Part shown: positions 1 to 10,239 of the stretch, in pieces
Position numbering within the stretch: position 1 is the first letter of the stretch
How the letters are laid out: each line of letters starts with the position of its first letter
NCBI GenBank assembly: GCA_965248265.1
Contig: CBDFJF010000001.1
Coordinates: 2,144,001-2,208,000 of the forward strand
Length of the DNA stretch: 64,000 nucleotides
DNA from: Candidatus Latescibacterota bacterium
GTDB taxonomy: Bacteria; Latescibacterota; UBA2968; UBA8231
Reading direction: 5' to 3'
Made by a program: the position numbers and the translations under genes
The notes under the pieces: model-generated
What the model was told of the DNA's origin: nothing
The model's input: the letters and a program-made list of their open reading frames with translations, nothing else
The model's database searches: none

Positions 1-1766
1 AGCGTTATGACTTGGTTGCGATTCCAGCTGGTTTGCCCGACGCGATGGTACACGGCGTCCAACACGAATCCGCCCGCCGTCCAAGCTGCGCCGACCGTGG
101 TCTTGTGGCGAGGCGTACCCCCACCTGAGGCCTGGCTGTCGATGGTACCGGTCAGTTTTTGATACGAATGATTACCGTACAGATCGAGGTTCGAGAGGGC
201 CTGGAACGCGGCGCCGATTTCCAGACCTCTGCCCCGGGTCTGCCCCATGTTGGTGAACGAGCTGTTGGCCGTGATGGTGGTGGAGTCGGAGACGGCGACC
301 TCCAGTTCTGAGGCCGCGTAGATATCGTCGAGGCGATAGTGAAAAATGGCGAAGTGAGACCGCAGCCGGTTGAGGTAGCTGCCGGTGTGGGCAAACTCAA
401 TGAAGCGCATCCGTTCGGGCTCCAGAGCGGTATTGCCGACGACTCGGAAGTCTACCGTGCTCAGATCGCCCAGCAGGGACAGCAGGGCCGCCGACAGACC
501 GAGTTGAGTTATGTCGACGGAACCGCGGATGTCGACATGATTGTCGAACAGATTCGGATTCCTGTACGAGGTACCGCTGGATACCCGCAGCACCTGCGTG
601 GGCTCGAGAGTGTACAGAATGCTCATCCGCGGTGAGAATTCTGTTCCGGTGTGAGGATGGCGGTCAATCCTCCCGCTGATCCACACATCCGTTTTCTCTG
701 ATGCCCGCCAGTGCCCCTCAGAGAACGCGGACCACAGGTGATGGGTCGCGACCGCTATTTCGGAATCGACGGCGTCGCGCCTGTACTCCGCCCCCGAGAC
801 CAGCTGGATTCGGGGCGAAATGGCGAATGCCTTCTGTACCATGCCATCGAAGGCGTCAAAATCCGCTCCCGTCGCTGAACCCTGGGCGAATTCCTTGAGC
901 AACGATCTGCCGAGTGTCCAAGAGAGTGTCGCCTGTCCGCCTTCACCGTCGGCGTAGTCGGCTCGGACAAATCGACGACGCCCTTCCTCGGTCGTGCGAC
1001 CCAGCCCCCCAACGGAGACATCGGTCTCGTGTGAGGCGCCACCCACTTCGAAGGTTGCGGATCGCCCCTGCCCCCAGCGGAACCCTATTTCTCCATGTGC
1101 CTTCTTGGATTCCGTGGCGGAGCGATCGCCATCCTCGAAACGACCCAGCCCCCTCCAGTCCCCTGCCAGCTTGTAGTCGATGCGCTCACCGGCCGCTCCG
1201 TAGGCAAGGCTGCCTGATTGTGTGCCTCGATCACCGATAGCCGTTCGAACGCGGCCGCCTCCGAGTTGTGCCGGTGTCGCAGTAATGATATTGATGACGC
1301 CGTTGATGGCGTTGGCACCGTACAGAGCGGAGGCTGGCCCCTCGACGATCTCGATCCTCTCGATCTCATCCGTCGGTATCGGAAACGCCTCCCAGTCAGG
1401 ACCCTCGGTGTGGGCATCCAGCACCCGCCTGCCATCGACCAGTATCAGGGTGCGGGCGTTTGTGAGTTTGTTGAGTCCTCGTATGCTGACAGCTGGGTGG
1501 CCGGTGCGAGCGCTGGCCACGTCGACACCGGGAACGCCTCGCAGCGCGTCCCACAGCAGGTGTGACCCAAAGGCGTCGAGCTGCCGGCGTGTTACCACGT
1601 GCACGGTTGCCGGGGCTTCGTGGCGGGCTTGGGGCTGGCGCGCTGCCGTGATGACCCGCGCCTCCTCACGAAAGAAGTCGAATGCGTCCGGATCGGTCGC
1701 CTCCGAGGGTGCAAGCCAGGCGGCCTGCAACACCGCCACGCATAACCATCGATTGAGGTGAGTCAC
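1..1766 (-). CDS. TonB-dependent outer-membrane receptor, 5' part (runs off window start)
   Basis: Not in the ORF track because there is no stop in the window. Manual minus-strand translation from GTG 1766: VTHLNRWLCVAVLQAAWLAPSEA (signal-like), then plug-domain motifs VITAARQPQARHEAPATVHVVT, LRGVPGVDV, SIRGLNKLTNARTLILVDGR and IERIEIVEGPASALYGANAINGVINIIT. Confidence 0.9.
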   Translation of the reverse strand, partial: MTHLNRWLCVAVLQAAWLAPSEATDPDAFDFFREEARVITAARQPQARHEAPATVHVVTRRQLDAFGSHLLWDALRGVPGVDVASARTGHPAVSIRGLNKLTNARTLILVDGRRVLDAHTEGPDWEAFPIPTDEIERIEIVEGPASALYGANAINGVINIITATPAQLGGGRVRTAIGDRGTQSGSLAYGAAGERIDYKLAGDWRGLGRFEDGDRSATESKKAHGEIGFRWGQGRSATFEVGGASHETDVSVGGLGRTTEEGRRRFVRADYADGEGGQATLSWTLGRSLLKEFAQGSATGADFDAFDGMVQKAFAISPRIQLVSGAEYRRDAVDSEIAVATHHLWSAFSEGHWRASEKTDVWISGRIDRHPHTGTEFSPRMSILYTLEPTQVLRVSSGTSYRNPNLFDNHVDIRGSVDITQLGLSAALLSLLGDLSTVDFRVVGNTALEPERMRFIEFAHTGSYLNRLRSHFAIFHYRLDDIYAASELEVAVSDSTTITANSSFTNMGQTRGRGLEIGAAFQALSNLDLYGNHSYQKLTGTIDSQASGGGTPRHKTTVGAAWTAGGFVLDAVYHRVGQTSWNRNQVIT

Positions 1767-1877
1767 TGGCTCGATTCTTTGTTTGTGTGCCTGAAGGGGG
1801 ACAACGATAACGGGAATTGAAACTATCTCGCCCTCTGTCCCCTGACAACTCTGTGGCCATGGCAATCGGGTCCAGGA

Positions 1878-1917
1878 TTCCGGCCAGCGGTGACGCGGAC
1901 AGGGCCGGGGGTTTTTT
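1878..1917 (+). terminator. Intrinsic-terminator-like hairpin upstream of the ankyrin gene
   Basis: TTCCGGCC(1878-85)...GGCCGGGG(1903-10) followed by GTTTTTT; long loop. Confidence 0.35.
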
Positions 1918-1995
1918 GTGGGCGGATGCAGTATTGTGCCTTATTTTTCAAGGTTGCTCTGGAGATTTACCCAAGACCGGAATCGGACTCGGAAT

Positions 1996-3744
1996 ATGCC
2001 CGGGGAATGGCAAAACGTAGGCCTGCTGCGCGCGGCCAAGAATGGCAACACCAAGAACGTGCGCACCTTGCTGCTCGATGGCGCCAACGTCAACGCCACC
2101 GACGAGGCCGGCAGCACGCCATTGATGCTGGCCTCGGGTCTGGGGCACGTTGAATCGGTACGTGCCATGGTCACGGCCGGAGCCGACATCGACGTCGCCG
2201 ACGGATCAGGCTGGACGGCACTGCTGCGGGCGGCGCGGCGTGGCTTTGTCGACGTCATGCGGGAACTGCTTCAGTCTGGGGCAGACATCAATGCCCAGGA
2301 CCGGCTTGGCTGGAATGCCCTGTGCCGGTCGGCGCGCAGCGGTCACGTGGAGTCGGTGCAGTTGCTGCTGGAAGCCGGCATCGACGTCGAGGCCAAGAAC
2401 TCGGAAGGCAATACGGCGTTAATGGTTGCGACGGGCGGGGGGTTTACCGACGTGGTCGAATTGTTGCTGCAGGTCGGAGTGGATGTCGATGCCCAGAACA
2501 ATGCCCGGCACACAGCACTGATGTTCGCCTCCCTCAGAGGTCCGGTGGAACTCGTCTGGCAGCTGCTGCAGGCCGGCGCCGATGTGACGCTTACCGACGC
2601 CACCGGAACAACCGCCCTCATGCTGGCGGCCAAACAGGGACAACTGGGAGCGGTTCGAGTACTGCTGAAGGCGGGATCCGACATCCAGGCCAAAGACCGC
2701 CTGGGACGCTCGGCGTTGACTCATGCAGCGTCAAACGAAAAGGTCCGCACGCTCCTGGAGGTGGCGGAGAAGGCGATCGCCACGGATGCCGCCGGCAACA
2801 GCGCCCTCGGCGAAGCCGCCAAATCGGGAAGCGCCGTGCAGATGCAGGCACTGATCAACGCCGGCGCCGATGTCAACGTCAAAGACGAATCCGGACGAAC
2901 ACCGCTCATGCATGCCACATCGAAGGAAGTCGTGCATCTGCTGGCCAAAGCCGGAGCCGATCTGGATGCGAAGGACCAGGGGGGTCGTACGGCACTGATG
3001 CACGCGGCGCGAACCGCATTGATGCAGGCGGCCCGCAAGGGCAACCTGGAAGTGTCACAGGCTTTACTCGAGACCGGCGCCGACGTCAATGCCCGAGACC
3101 GGCACGGCAAGACCGCTCTGATGTACGCGGTGGAAGCGGGGCATCTCGAGGTCACCCAATCCTTGATCGAGGCAGGCGCCGACGTCTCTGCGACCCTGAA
3201 CCAGGGCCGCACCGTGTTGATGTTCGCGGCCACTAGGGAAGTAACGGAGATGCTGCTGACCTCGGGCGCCGACCCGAATGCCTGCGACGAAGGAGGGCGT
3301 ACACCCCTGATCTATGCGGCCTCAGGCCAGGTTGTCAAGGCACTGCTGAAAGCCGGCGCCGATGTCAACGCCAAAGATTCAGAGGGCAACACACCATTGA
3401 TGTGCGCTGCCGACGACGGCGATGTGGACGTCCTCATCTCCCTGCTGGAAGCAGGTGCGGACATCAACGCTTCCACTACTACTGGACGCACGGCGCTCAT
3501 GTTTTCCGCCAGTCCGGAAATCGTCGAGGCGCTCGCCGAGGCCGGCGCCGACGTCACCGCCAGGGACGGTGCCGGCAACACGGCCCTGCTATGTGTGGTC
3601 GAGGAGGGCGACGCCGCCGTGGTGCGGGCTCTCGTAGAGGCCGGCGTCAAAGTCAGTGCATCGAACAAGGAAGGTCAGACCGCACTGAAGCTGGCAATGG
3701 AAGCCGGGCATGCGGATATCGTCAAGGGCCTCAAAGGAGCCTGA
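1996..3744 (+). CDS. Ankyrin repeat protein (roughly 17-18 repeats)
   Basis: Recurrent GADVNAKDxxGxTPL/TALMxAA units throughout. ATG 1996 (MPGEWQN) is preferred over GTG 1918. Confidence 0.93.
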   Translation: MPGEWQNVGLLRAAKNGNTKNVRTLLLDGANVNATDEAGSTPLMLASGLGHVESVRAMVTAGADIDVADGSGWTALLRAARRGFVDVMRELLQSGADINAQDRLGWNALCRSARSGHVESVQLLLEAGIDVEAKNSEGNTALMVATGGGFTDVVELLLQVGVDVDAQNNARHTALMFASLRGPVELVWQLLQAGADVTLTDATGTTALMLAAKQGQLGAVRVLLKAGSDIQAKDRLGRSALTHAASNEKVRTLLEVAEKAIATDAAGNSALGEAAKSGSAVQMQALINAGADVNVKDESGRTPLMHATSKEVVHLLAKAGADLDAKDQGGRTALMHAARTALMQAARKGNLEVSQALLETGADVNARDRHGKTALMYAVEAGHLEVTQSLIEAGADVSATLNQGRTVLMFAATREVTEMLLTSGADPNACDEGGRTPLIYAASGQVVKALLKAGADVNAKDSEGNTPLMCAADDGDVDVLISLLEAGADINASTTTGRTALMFSASPEIVEALAEAGADVTARDGAGNTALLCVVEEGDAAVVRALVEAGVKVSASNKEGQTALKLAMEAGHADIVKGLKGA

Positions 3745-3747
3745 CAG

Positions 3748-6132
3748 TCATCCACCCGGCTCAGTGGTCGCTACGATGTCCTTGCCGGACTTGCTGAACG
3801 CCACTCCAGCTGATCGTGCACCCGTCTCGAGCACGGCCTCCCCAATCTTGATCATCACCCCCGCCGCAACCTCTTCGCTGATCGTGATCGGGATGCCCTC
3901 GTAGATCCGGTTCTGTTTCTCCTCGAGTTCCCGCTTGAACTCCTGAGACTGTGTCCGCGACGAAGCCACCAGTTTCAGCTGCCTCAAGAGACCTGCAACC
4001 TTTTTTCTCTCGTGTGGGGGGCTGGTCTCGATGAGCCGTTTGAAATGGGTGGCGCTGATCTCGTTGACCCCGAGCGTGCGGAAAATGCGCAATGTATGGG
4101 TACGGCACGTTTCCAACCCGCGCTCCGCCTGCTCGATCTTGGAACTGAGTTCCCCGTCGGGGACAATCCTGAGCAAGCTCTCATCTTCTCCACGGTCGAT
4201 GACGCGAGCTTCGATCCCGATTCCTGCTGTGAGTGCTCCGCCAGTGACGCGTCCGCTGCCCGTGGGAGCGAAAAGCAAGCGTCCTCCGGCGTGCAGCGTG
4301 GCGTTCTCGGAGCGATCACCGATGGTGAGATCACCCCCCGCGGATACACTGGACTGCGCTGTGAAGCCAACCCTAACATCCCCTGCGCCCACAACCCGCG
4401 CTTCGCCGACGACGCCGCCTTCCACCGTTACCTCGTCTTCGGAGTCGATCTGGGCCCCGTTCTCAACCGAGCCGTCGATGAGGACGGCGCCCTTGGCCGT
4501 AAGCTTGACTCCGGAATTCAGTGAACCGCGAATGTGCACGTCTCTTCCCTCTTCGACTTCCAGATCCCTGTCCAGATCGCCGTCGATGATCGAGACCGGA
4601 CGCACGCTCAAGACTTGATTCCTGATGTTGGCGCGCCCCTCACGCTCGGCGAACAGGAAAGCGCGGCCTTCGCGGTTTTCGACGCGAACGTTCTTGCCGG
4701 CCATCAAGGTGGCAGTGTCGGCTTCGTCGGTCGAAGTCTGTGCCCCGGTCACATCGATTCCCGGTTTGCCCGCTTTCGGCGGAGTGACCTCGGCCAGCAG
4801 GTCTCCCATCATGACATGTGAAGCATGGTCCCCCGCCTCCACAAAGCTCAAGGTCACTTTGGAGGCTTCTGCTTCAACGCTGGGAGTTCCCTCCGCCAGG
4901 AGAACCGCCTCGGCCGTTGCCGACGATTCAGGCTGCAGCAGCAGTTTCTCCAGCCCGTCCACCTTGAGACCATGGCTCACCTCACACAACTGCAGCAGCT
5001 GCCTCAGCCACTGCTCATTCATCGCGACCTCGGGGCCGATCTGCGGCAGGCAGATGAAATAGGCCTGCATACACTCAGGCGTCAGCCAGACAGGGGGGAG
5101 AATCGAAATCTCGTCGTCGACGATGCAGATATAGCCGTGGAGTTTGGCGATGTAGAACTCACCCACGGATTGAACGTGAGGCCCCGCCCTTAGGAGTTTC
5201 TTTGCCATGACCGCCAGGTCCTCATCGGTCGCGGTGCCACGATCTTCCCCTGCGGGAATGAACTGTGCCAACTCTTCACCCGGCATCGCCAGCCGAGCCG
5301 ATGGGGCACTCGCCAGTACATCCGAAAGTTGACGCTGGGCGTAGGCCTGTTTCAACGCTGCACCAGGCAGTTCGGCGTTTTCCGCCAACGCCTTGAGGCA
5401 AGTGAACTCGATGTGCCCGAGTGTGGATTGATCCAGATCCAGATTAGTACCGATGGGGAAGTGCCCGCGTAGAACCCGGCCGGGTGACGCTGCCGCCTGC
5501 ATGGCCAGGCGCTTTACCATCTCGACATCGAGACCGCCCTGAATGCCGTACTCGTCCCGCAGCACATCGATCATGTCTTGTTCGCTCAGCTTCGCGTCAC
5601 CTCCGAAACTGAGAACTTGAAGGACTGCATCGCTCCTGGTGTGGGAAACTTCAACCTTCATCCAGCCGCTTCTGCTGGGACCGAAGTTGCGCCTTCGGTC
5701 AGAACCGCCAGACGCGGCTGGTAATTGAGGTTCCGGATGGGTCGGTTCAGTGGCATCAAGATCACTGATCGATATGTTGTCGTCATCGCCATCACCTGCT
5801 CCATCGGCTGGCCCGGCTTTGGCCTTCTCCTCCCTCAACTCAGGCAAGTCGGGCACGACGTTGCTCTTGTCGGTGTTGATCGTCACTTCGATGACGCCCA
5901 GGCCTTGGAGTGCTTTAACCTGCGCGTCAGACCTCACCAGCATACCTCCTGCCGCATTAACCTGCTCGTGCCTGCGTTTCATCAACCGCATGCGCCGGCT
6001 GGTTGACTCGCTGTACGCGGCACCACGCAGCTCGAGGAAATGCCGGACCGAGTTGTCCTTCATGACACTCAGAACGCTGGCCTCGAGAAACATACCGGAG
6101 CGCAGCTCTTTGATAGGAATCCTCAGATTCAT
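3748..6132 (-). CDS. FapA/DUF342-family protein with N-terminal DUF3391-like segment
   Basis: GDLLAEVTPPKAGKPGIDVTG, GKNV, beta-helix region DVHIRGSLNSGVKLTAKGAVLIDGSVENGAQI and C-terminal coiled coil. N-terminus RIPIKELRSGMFL resembles DUF3391. Confidence 0.8.
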   Translation of the reverse strand: MNLRIPIKELRSGMFLEASVLSVMKDNSVRHFLELRGAAYSESTSRRMRLMKRRHEQVNAAGGMLVRSDAQVKALQGLGVIEVTINTDKSNVVPDLPELREEKAKAGPADGAGDGDDDNISISDLDATEPTHPEPQLPAASGGSDRRRNFGPSRSGWMKVEVSHTRSDAVLQVLSFGGDAKLSEQDMIDVLRDEYGIQGGLDVEMVKRLAMQAAASPGRVLRGHFPIGTNLDLDQSTLGHIEFTCLKALAENAELPGAALKQAYAQRQLSDVLASAPSARLAMPGEELAQFIPAGEDRGTATDEDLAVMAKKLLRAGPHVQSVGEFYIAKLHGYICIVDDEISILPPVWLTPECMQAYFICLPQIGPEVAMNEQWLRQLLQLCEVSHGLKVDGLEKLLLQPESSATAEAVLLAEGTPSVEAEASKVTLSFVEAGDHASHVMMGDLLAEVTPPKAGKPGIDVTGAQTSTDEADTATLMAGKNVRVENREGRAFLFAEREGRANIRNQVLSVRPVSIIDGDLDRDLEVEEGRDVHIRGSLNSGVKLTAKGAVLIDGSVENGAQIDSEDEVTVEGGVVGEARVVGAGDVRVGFTAQSSVSAGGDLTIGDRSENATLHAGGRLLFAPTGSGRVTGGALTAGIGIEARVIDRGEDESLLRIVPDGELSSKIEQAERGLETCRTHTLRIFRTLGVNEISATHFKRLIETSPPHERKKVAGLLRQLKLVASSRTQSQEFKRELEEKQNRIYEGIPITISEEVAAGVMIKIGEAVLETGARSAGVAFSKSGKDIVATTEPGG

Positions 6133-6149
6133 GCCGATTATCGATGCGC

Positions 6150-7112
6150 TCAGCGGTCGATATCCTGATCGAGCTCGATGGCCTCGTCGAGCTCATCCTG
6201 CCATTCTGCGGGATCCAACCTGGCCTGAGCATCCTTGATGGCGACGGCGGCCTGCAGGGCAAGGCTGTTGAGCGTTCTCAGGTCTGAATCGACAACCGCA
6301 CGCTGACCGCGGCTCTCCACCTCGATCAAACCCAACATGTGGCCGCGTCGTGCGATCGGCGCCAGCAGATAGTCTTGACCATTGGTCGCAACCGCCGGGA
6401 TCAGCTGCTCCTCCACCTGTGCCAGAACAGCTGCCCGCTGTGGCGATTCCAGCATATTGCTCGCTCTTTGATTCAACTGGTCATCCGGCCATCCGATGGC
6501 GGCTGCGGGACGCAGGTTGTCTTCAGCTTTGAGGTACACCAGCGCTCGATCAACGTCGAGGACGTCGCATATGACTTCCAGCACGAGAGCCAGTGTTTCT
6601 TCGACCGTGTGCACGGTTAACATGTGCTCGTTGATACGGTCCCGGCCCTCGAGCTCACGCACTTTCAGGTTGAGCTCCCGCGTGCGCACCTCGACCGCCT
6701 CAGCCAGATTCCGCATCAGGATCGAGCGTTCGAGATGGGTACGGATACGCGACAACACCTCCTCCTTGCGGAATGGTTTCGTCATGTAGTCCAGGCCACC
6801 GGACTCGAACCCCTCGACGATTCCGGGCAGATCGTCACGGGCGGTCAAAAAGAGCACGGGGATGTGGGCAAGACGCTCATCTCGCTTGAGCCGGCGGCAG
6901 GTCTCGTAGCCGTCAATGCCCGGCATCATCACGTCGAGGAGGATCAGGTCGGGCTCGGAGTTGGCCGCCACCTCGATGGCGCTCTCGCCATCGGCGGCCA
7001 CAAGAATATTGTAGCTCTGGCCTTGTAGTGATTGGACCAACACATCCAGATTGGCCGGCATATCGTCAACGATCAATATCCGGCGGTCAGTCAGGTCGAG
7101 TTCATCAGCCAT
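6150..7112 (-). CDS. Response regulator: REC + GAF-like domain, no output domain
   Basis: [28 protein letters not shown]; C-terminal [17 protein letters not shown]...LALQAAVAI is GAF-like. GGAGGG SD precedes ATG 7112. Confidence 0.88.
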   Translation of the reverse strand: MADELDLTDRRILIVDDMPANLDVLVQSLQGQSYNILVAADGESAIEVAANSEPDLILLDVMMPGIDGYETCRRLKRDERLAHIPVLFLTARDDLPGIVEGFESGGLDYMTKPFRKEEVLSRIRTHLERSILMRNLAEAVEVRTRELNLKVRELEGRDRINEHMLTVHTVEETLALVLEVICDVLDVDRALVYLKAEDNLRPAAAIGWPDDQLNQRASNMLESPQRAAVLAQVEEQLIPAVATNGQDYLLAPIARRGHMLGLIEVESRGQRAVVDSDLRTLNSLALQAAVAIKDAQARLDPAEWQDELDEAIELDQDIDR

Positions 7113-7159
7113 GGTATTCCCCTCCACTGCAAGTTGGTGATCCCGTCATCATTCGCGTG

Positions 7160-8848
7160 TCATGCCCTCCTGAGCTGCCGGTACTTTATGCGATGTGGCT
7201 GCTCCGCTTCTTCGCCCAGACGCTGGCGGCGGCGTTCTTCGTACTCAGAGTAGTTGCCTTCGAACCACACTACTTCGCTGTCGCCTTCGAAGGCCAGGAT
7301 GTGCGTGGCGATGCGATCCAGGAACCAGCGATCATGGCTGATCACGACAGCACAGCCGGCGAAGTTCTCCAGGCCTTCCTCCAGCGCCCTCATCGTATTC
7401 ACATCCAGATCGTTCGTGGGCTCGTCCAACAGTAGCACGTTGGCACCCTGTTTGAGAATCTTGGCCAGGTGTAGGCGGTTGCGCTCTCCACCCGACAAAG
7501 TGCCGACCAGTTTCTGCTGGTCCCCACCGGCAAAGTTGAACCGACCGGCATAGGCACGGGAATTCAGCCGCCGGTCGCCCAGGACCACCTCCTCTTCACC
7601 GCCGGAGATTTCCTGCCACACTGTCTTGTCTCCGTCCAGCGTTTCTCGGCTCTGGTCCACGTAAGCCAGCTGCACCGTCTGGCCTACCTGAAGATCGCCG
7701 GCGTCGGGCTTCTCCTGACCGACGATCATGCGAAACAGGGTGGTCTTGCCGGCGCCATTGGGGCCGATCACCCCGACGATACCACCAGCAGGTAGCGCGA
7801 AGGTCATTCCTTCGAATAGAAGGCGACCCTCGTAGCCTTTGCTGGTCCCCTTGGCCTCAATCACGAGCTCACCCAATCGCGGACCCGGCGGAATGTAGAT
7901 CTCCAGATCGCGATCACGCTGCACGCGATCCTCGTTGAGTCGTTCCTCGTAAGCTCGGATCCGCGCCTTGCTCTTGCTCTGCCGCGCCTTGGGAGCCATG
8001 CGGATCCATTCCAACTCCCGCTGCAAAGTCTTCTGGCGCTCTCCCTCGGAGCGTTCCTCTCTTGCCAGTCGGGCCTGCTTTTGATCGAGCCAGGATGAAT
8101 AGTTGCCCTTCCACGGGATGCCCTCTCCTTGATCCAGTTCGAGTATCCAACCGGCGACGTTGTCGAGAAAATAGCGATCATGCGTCACGGCGATCACGGT
8201 GCCGGCGTACTCCTGCAAGTGTCGCTCCAACCAGGCCACCGACTCAGCATCCAGATGGTTGGTCGGCTCGTCCAGCAGCAGAATGTCCGGTTGCCGCAAC
8301 AGCAGCCGGCACAGAGCAACTCGGCGGCGCTCGCCGCCTGAAATGATGTCGACGCACGTTTCCTCGGGGGGACAGCGAAGCGCGTCCATGGCCATCTGCA
8401 GCTTGCTGTCCAGGTCCCAGGCATCGGCCGCATCGATCTTCTCCTGCACGGTTGACTGTTTCTGCAACAGCTCGTTCATCTCGTCGTCTGACATCGGTTC
8501 GGCGAATTTCTCGTTGATCTGCTCGTACTCCTGCAGCAGATCGACGACGTCCTGAACCCCTTCCTCGACGAGCTGCCGTACCGTCTTGCCCTTGGACAAA
8601 ACAGGCTCCTGCTCCAAAAACCCAACCGTGTGGCCGGGGGCCAGGACCACTTCACCCTCAAATTCGGTGTCGACGCCGGCCATGATGCGCAGAAGCGTGC
8701 TCTTTCCCGCTCCGTTTAATCCCAGCACACCGATCTTGGCCCCGTAGAAATAGGACAGGGAAATATCCTTGAGCACGGCCTTTTTGTTGTGAAGTTTGCT
8801 GACCCTCATCATCGAGTAGATGATTTTCTCTGGCTCATGCTCACTCAT
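7160..8848 (-). CDS. ettA: Energy-dependent translational throttle ABC-F ATPase EttA
   Basis: [27 protein letters not shown], two ABC cassettes ([15 protein letters not shown]), C-terminal [10 protein letters not shown]. Confidence 0.95.
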   Translation of the reverse strand: MSEHEPEKIIYSMMRVSKLHNKKAVLKDISLSYFYGAKIGVLGLNGAGKSTLLRIMAGVDTEFEGEVVLAPGHTVGFLEQEPVLSKGKTVRQLVEEGVQDVVDLLQEYEQINEKFAEPMSDDEMNELLQKQSTVQEKIDAADAWDLDSKLQMAMDALRCPPEETCVDIISGGERRRVALCRLLLRQPDILLLDEPTNHLDAESVAWLERHLQEYAGTVIAVTHDRYFLDNVAGWILELDQGEGIPWKGNYSSWLDQKQARLAREERSEGERQKTLQRELEWIRMAPKARQSKSKARIRAYEERLNEDRVQRDRDLEIYIPPGPRLGELVIEAKGTSKGYEGRLLFEGMTFALPAGGIVGVIGPNGAGKTTLFRMIVGQEKPDAGDLQVGQTVQLAYVDQSRETLDGDKTVWQEISGGEEEVVLGDRRLNSRAYAGRFNFAGGDQQKLVGTLSGGERNRLHLAKILKQGANVLLLDEPTNDLDVNTMRALEEGLENFAGCAVVISHDRWFLDRIATHILAFEGDSEVVWFEGNYSEYEERRRQRLGEEAEQPHRIKYRQLRRA

Positions 8849-8939
8849 CGATCTGATTCTCCTCTTTCATTTCATAGTTCATTGGCATTGGAGACCGGAG
8901 CAGCACTACCATCGCGATCCCGATGCCCACGCGCAAGAC

Positions 8940-10058
8940 ATGAGCAATTCCGTATCTTTTGGACGGCCGCAGCTTACACCAGGAAAGGTAATGGACAAAG
9001 ACCTCAGTTCCCCCGGCATGTTCATCGGCGTACAAGGGGAAGACGTCATCTCCTTCGGCTCAGGCCAACCCGACTTGCCTCCACCACCAGAAGCCTACGA
9101 GATCCTGCCGCACTACCGCGACTTCAAATATGGCCTCATTCAGGGCATGGTAGAGCTGCGCGAGGCCCTGGCGCAAAACTACCCAAGCTCGACTTCGGAG
9201 AGCTTCGTAATCACCAACGGCGCCTCCGAAGCACTCGACCTGGTGTTGCGAACGATCTCTGCTCAGGGCGACCCCAACAAGAACCGGGTGCTCATGGCCA
9301 GGCCCTACTACTACTCGTATCCCGAAATGGTGCGCTTTGCCGGCATGGAGCCGGTGTTCACGGACACCAGGGCCGGTCGTATAGACTTCGATGACTTCGC
9401 CGGCAAGGTGGCGGGCTGCAAGGCCGTCATCATCAACTCCCCTTCCAATCCGACGGGTCGCGTCGAGGCCATCGACACCCTGAAGAAGATCGAGCAACTG
9501 ACCAGCGAGTTGGGCGTCTACGTGCTCTCGGACGAGGTCTACAAGGATCTCATATACGTGCGTGAAAATTACCTCATACAGGGCCCGCATGTGGTCACCA
9601 TCAATTCGTTCTCGAAAACCTATGCCATGTGCGGGTTTCGCGTCGGCTACCTGTGGTCCCTCGACCGCGATCTGGTCGATCACGTCATCGCCATCAAAAC
9701 ACACACTTCCATGAACACGAACATCCTCGGCCAGGAAATGGCCCTGGCGGCCATCGGGGTGCCAGCAGACTTCATCAGCGAGCAGTTGCAAGTCTGGAAC
9801 CAGCGCCGTGACTTGATCTACGACGGACTGTCTGCCCTGGGCCTCGATTTGTGGAAGCCGGAGGGCGCGTTCTACGTCTTGCCGAAAGTGGAACGACCGC
9901 GAGACTTCGTATGGGATATGTACCAGCGCCATCAGGTCATCACCTACCTCGGCGAATGGTTCGGATCGCCGGATCGCGTGCGGCTGTCGTACGCCCTGGA
10001 TGTCGACAAGATTGAGGTGGGACTCGAGCGCATGGCAGCCTACCTGAAGAAACGCTGA
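8940..10058 (+). CDS. PLP-dependent aminotransferase class I/II
   Basis: GSGQPD, ITNGASEAL, NSPSNPTG, SDEVY, SFSKTYAMCGFRVG (PLP lysine). Alternative start ATG 8991 has the better SD. Confidence 0.92.
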   Translation: MSNSVSFGRPQLTPGKVMDKDLSSPGMFIGVQGEDVISFGSGQPDLPPPPEAYEILPHYRDFKYGLIQGMVELREALAQNYPSSTSESFVITNGASEALDLVLRTISAQGDPNKNRVLMARPYYYSYPEMVRFAGMEPVFTDTRAGRIDFDDFAGKVAGCKAVIINSPSNPTGRVEAIDTLKKIEQLTSELGVYVLSDEVYKDLIYVRENYLIQGPHVVTINSFSKTYAMCGFRVGYLWSLDRDLVDHVIAIKTHTSMNTNILGQEMALAAIGVPADFISEQLQVWNQRRDLIYDGLSALGLDLWKPEGAFYVLPKVERPRDFVWDMYQRHQVITYLGEWFGSPDRVRLSYALDVDKIEVGLERMAAYLKKR

Positions 10059-10067
10059 GCGTATACG

Positions 10068-10230
10068 ATGGCCTCACTCACCGACCGCACTGCTCTCGTG
10101 ACTGGCGCTGGCCGGGGCATTGGCAAGGGATGCGCCCTGGCATTGGCTCGTCACCGGTTCGGTCCTGCCCGTTGACGGCGCCTTCCGCTTCAAGGACTGT
10201 CGCCCACGCGACCTGACACCTGGAGAATGA
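10068..10230 (+). pseudogene. SDR oxidoreductase remnant with large internal deletion
   Basis: ATG 10068 gives MASLTDRTALVTGAGRGIGKGCALALAR (SDR N-terminus). From 10150 in another frame: VTGSVLPVDGAFRFKDCRPRDLTPGE* (SDR C-terminus). The catalytic core is absent. Confidence 0.85.
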
Positions 10231-10239
10231 GCACCTGTC

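Noticed and set aside
152-1761. Several short ORFs listed on both strands
   Set aside because: All overlap the real minus-strand TonB receptor frame.
1816-1823. ATTGAAAC, the typical 3' end of many CRISPR repeats
   Set aside because: Single occurrence, no repeat-spacer periodicity and no cas genes in the window.
1996-3744. Ankyrin repeats as a diversity-generating retroelement target or effector locus
   Set aside because: No reverse transcriptase, no adenine-specific TR/VR pair, and no secretion or toxin genes nearby.
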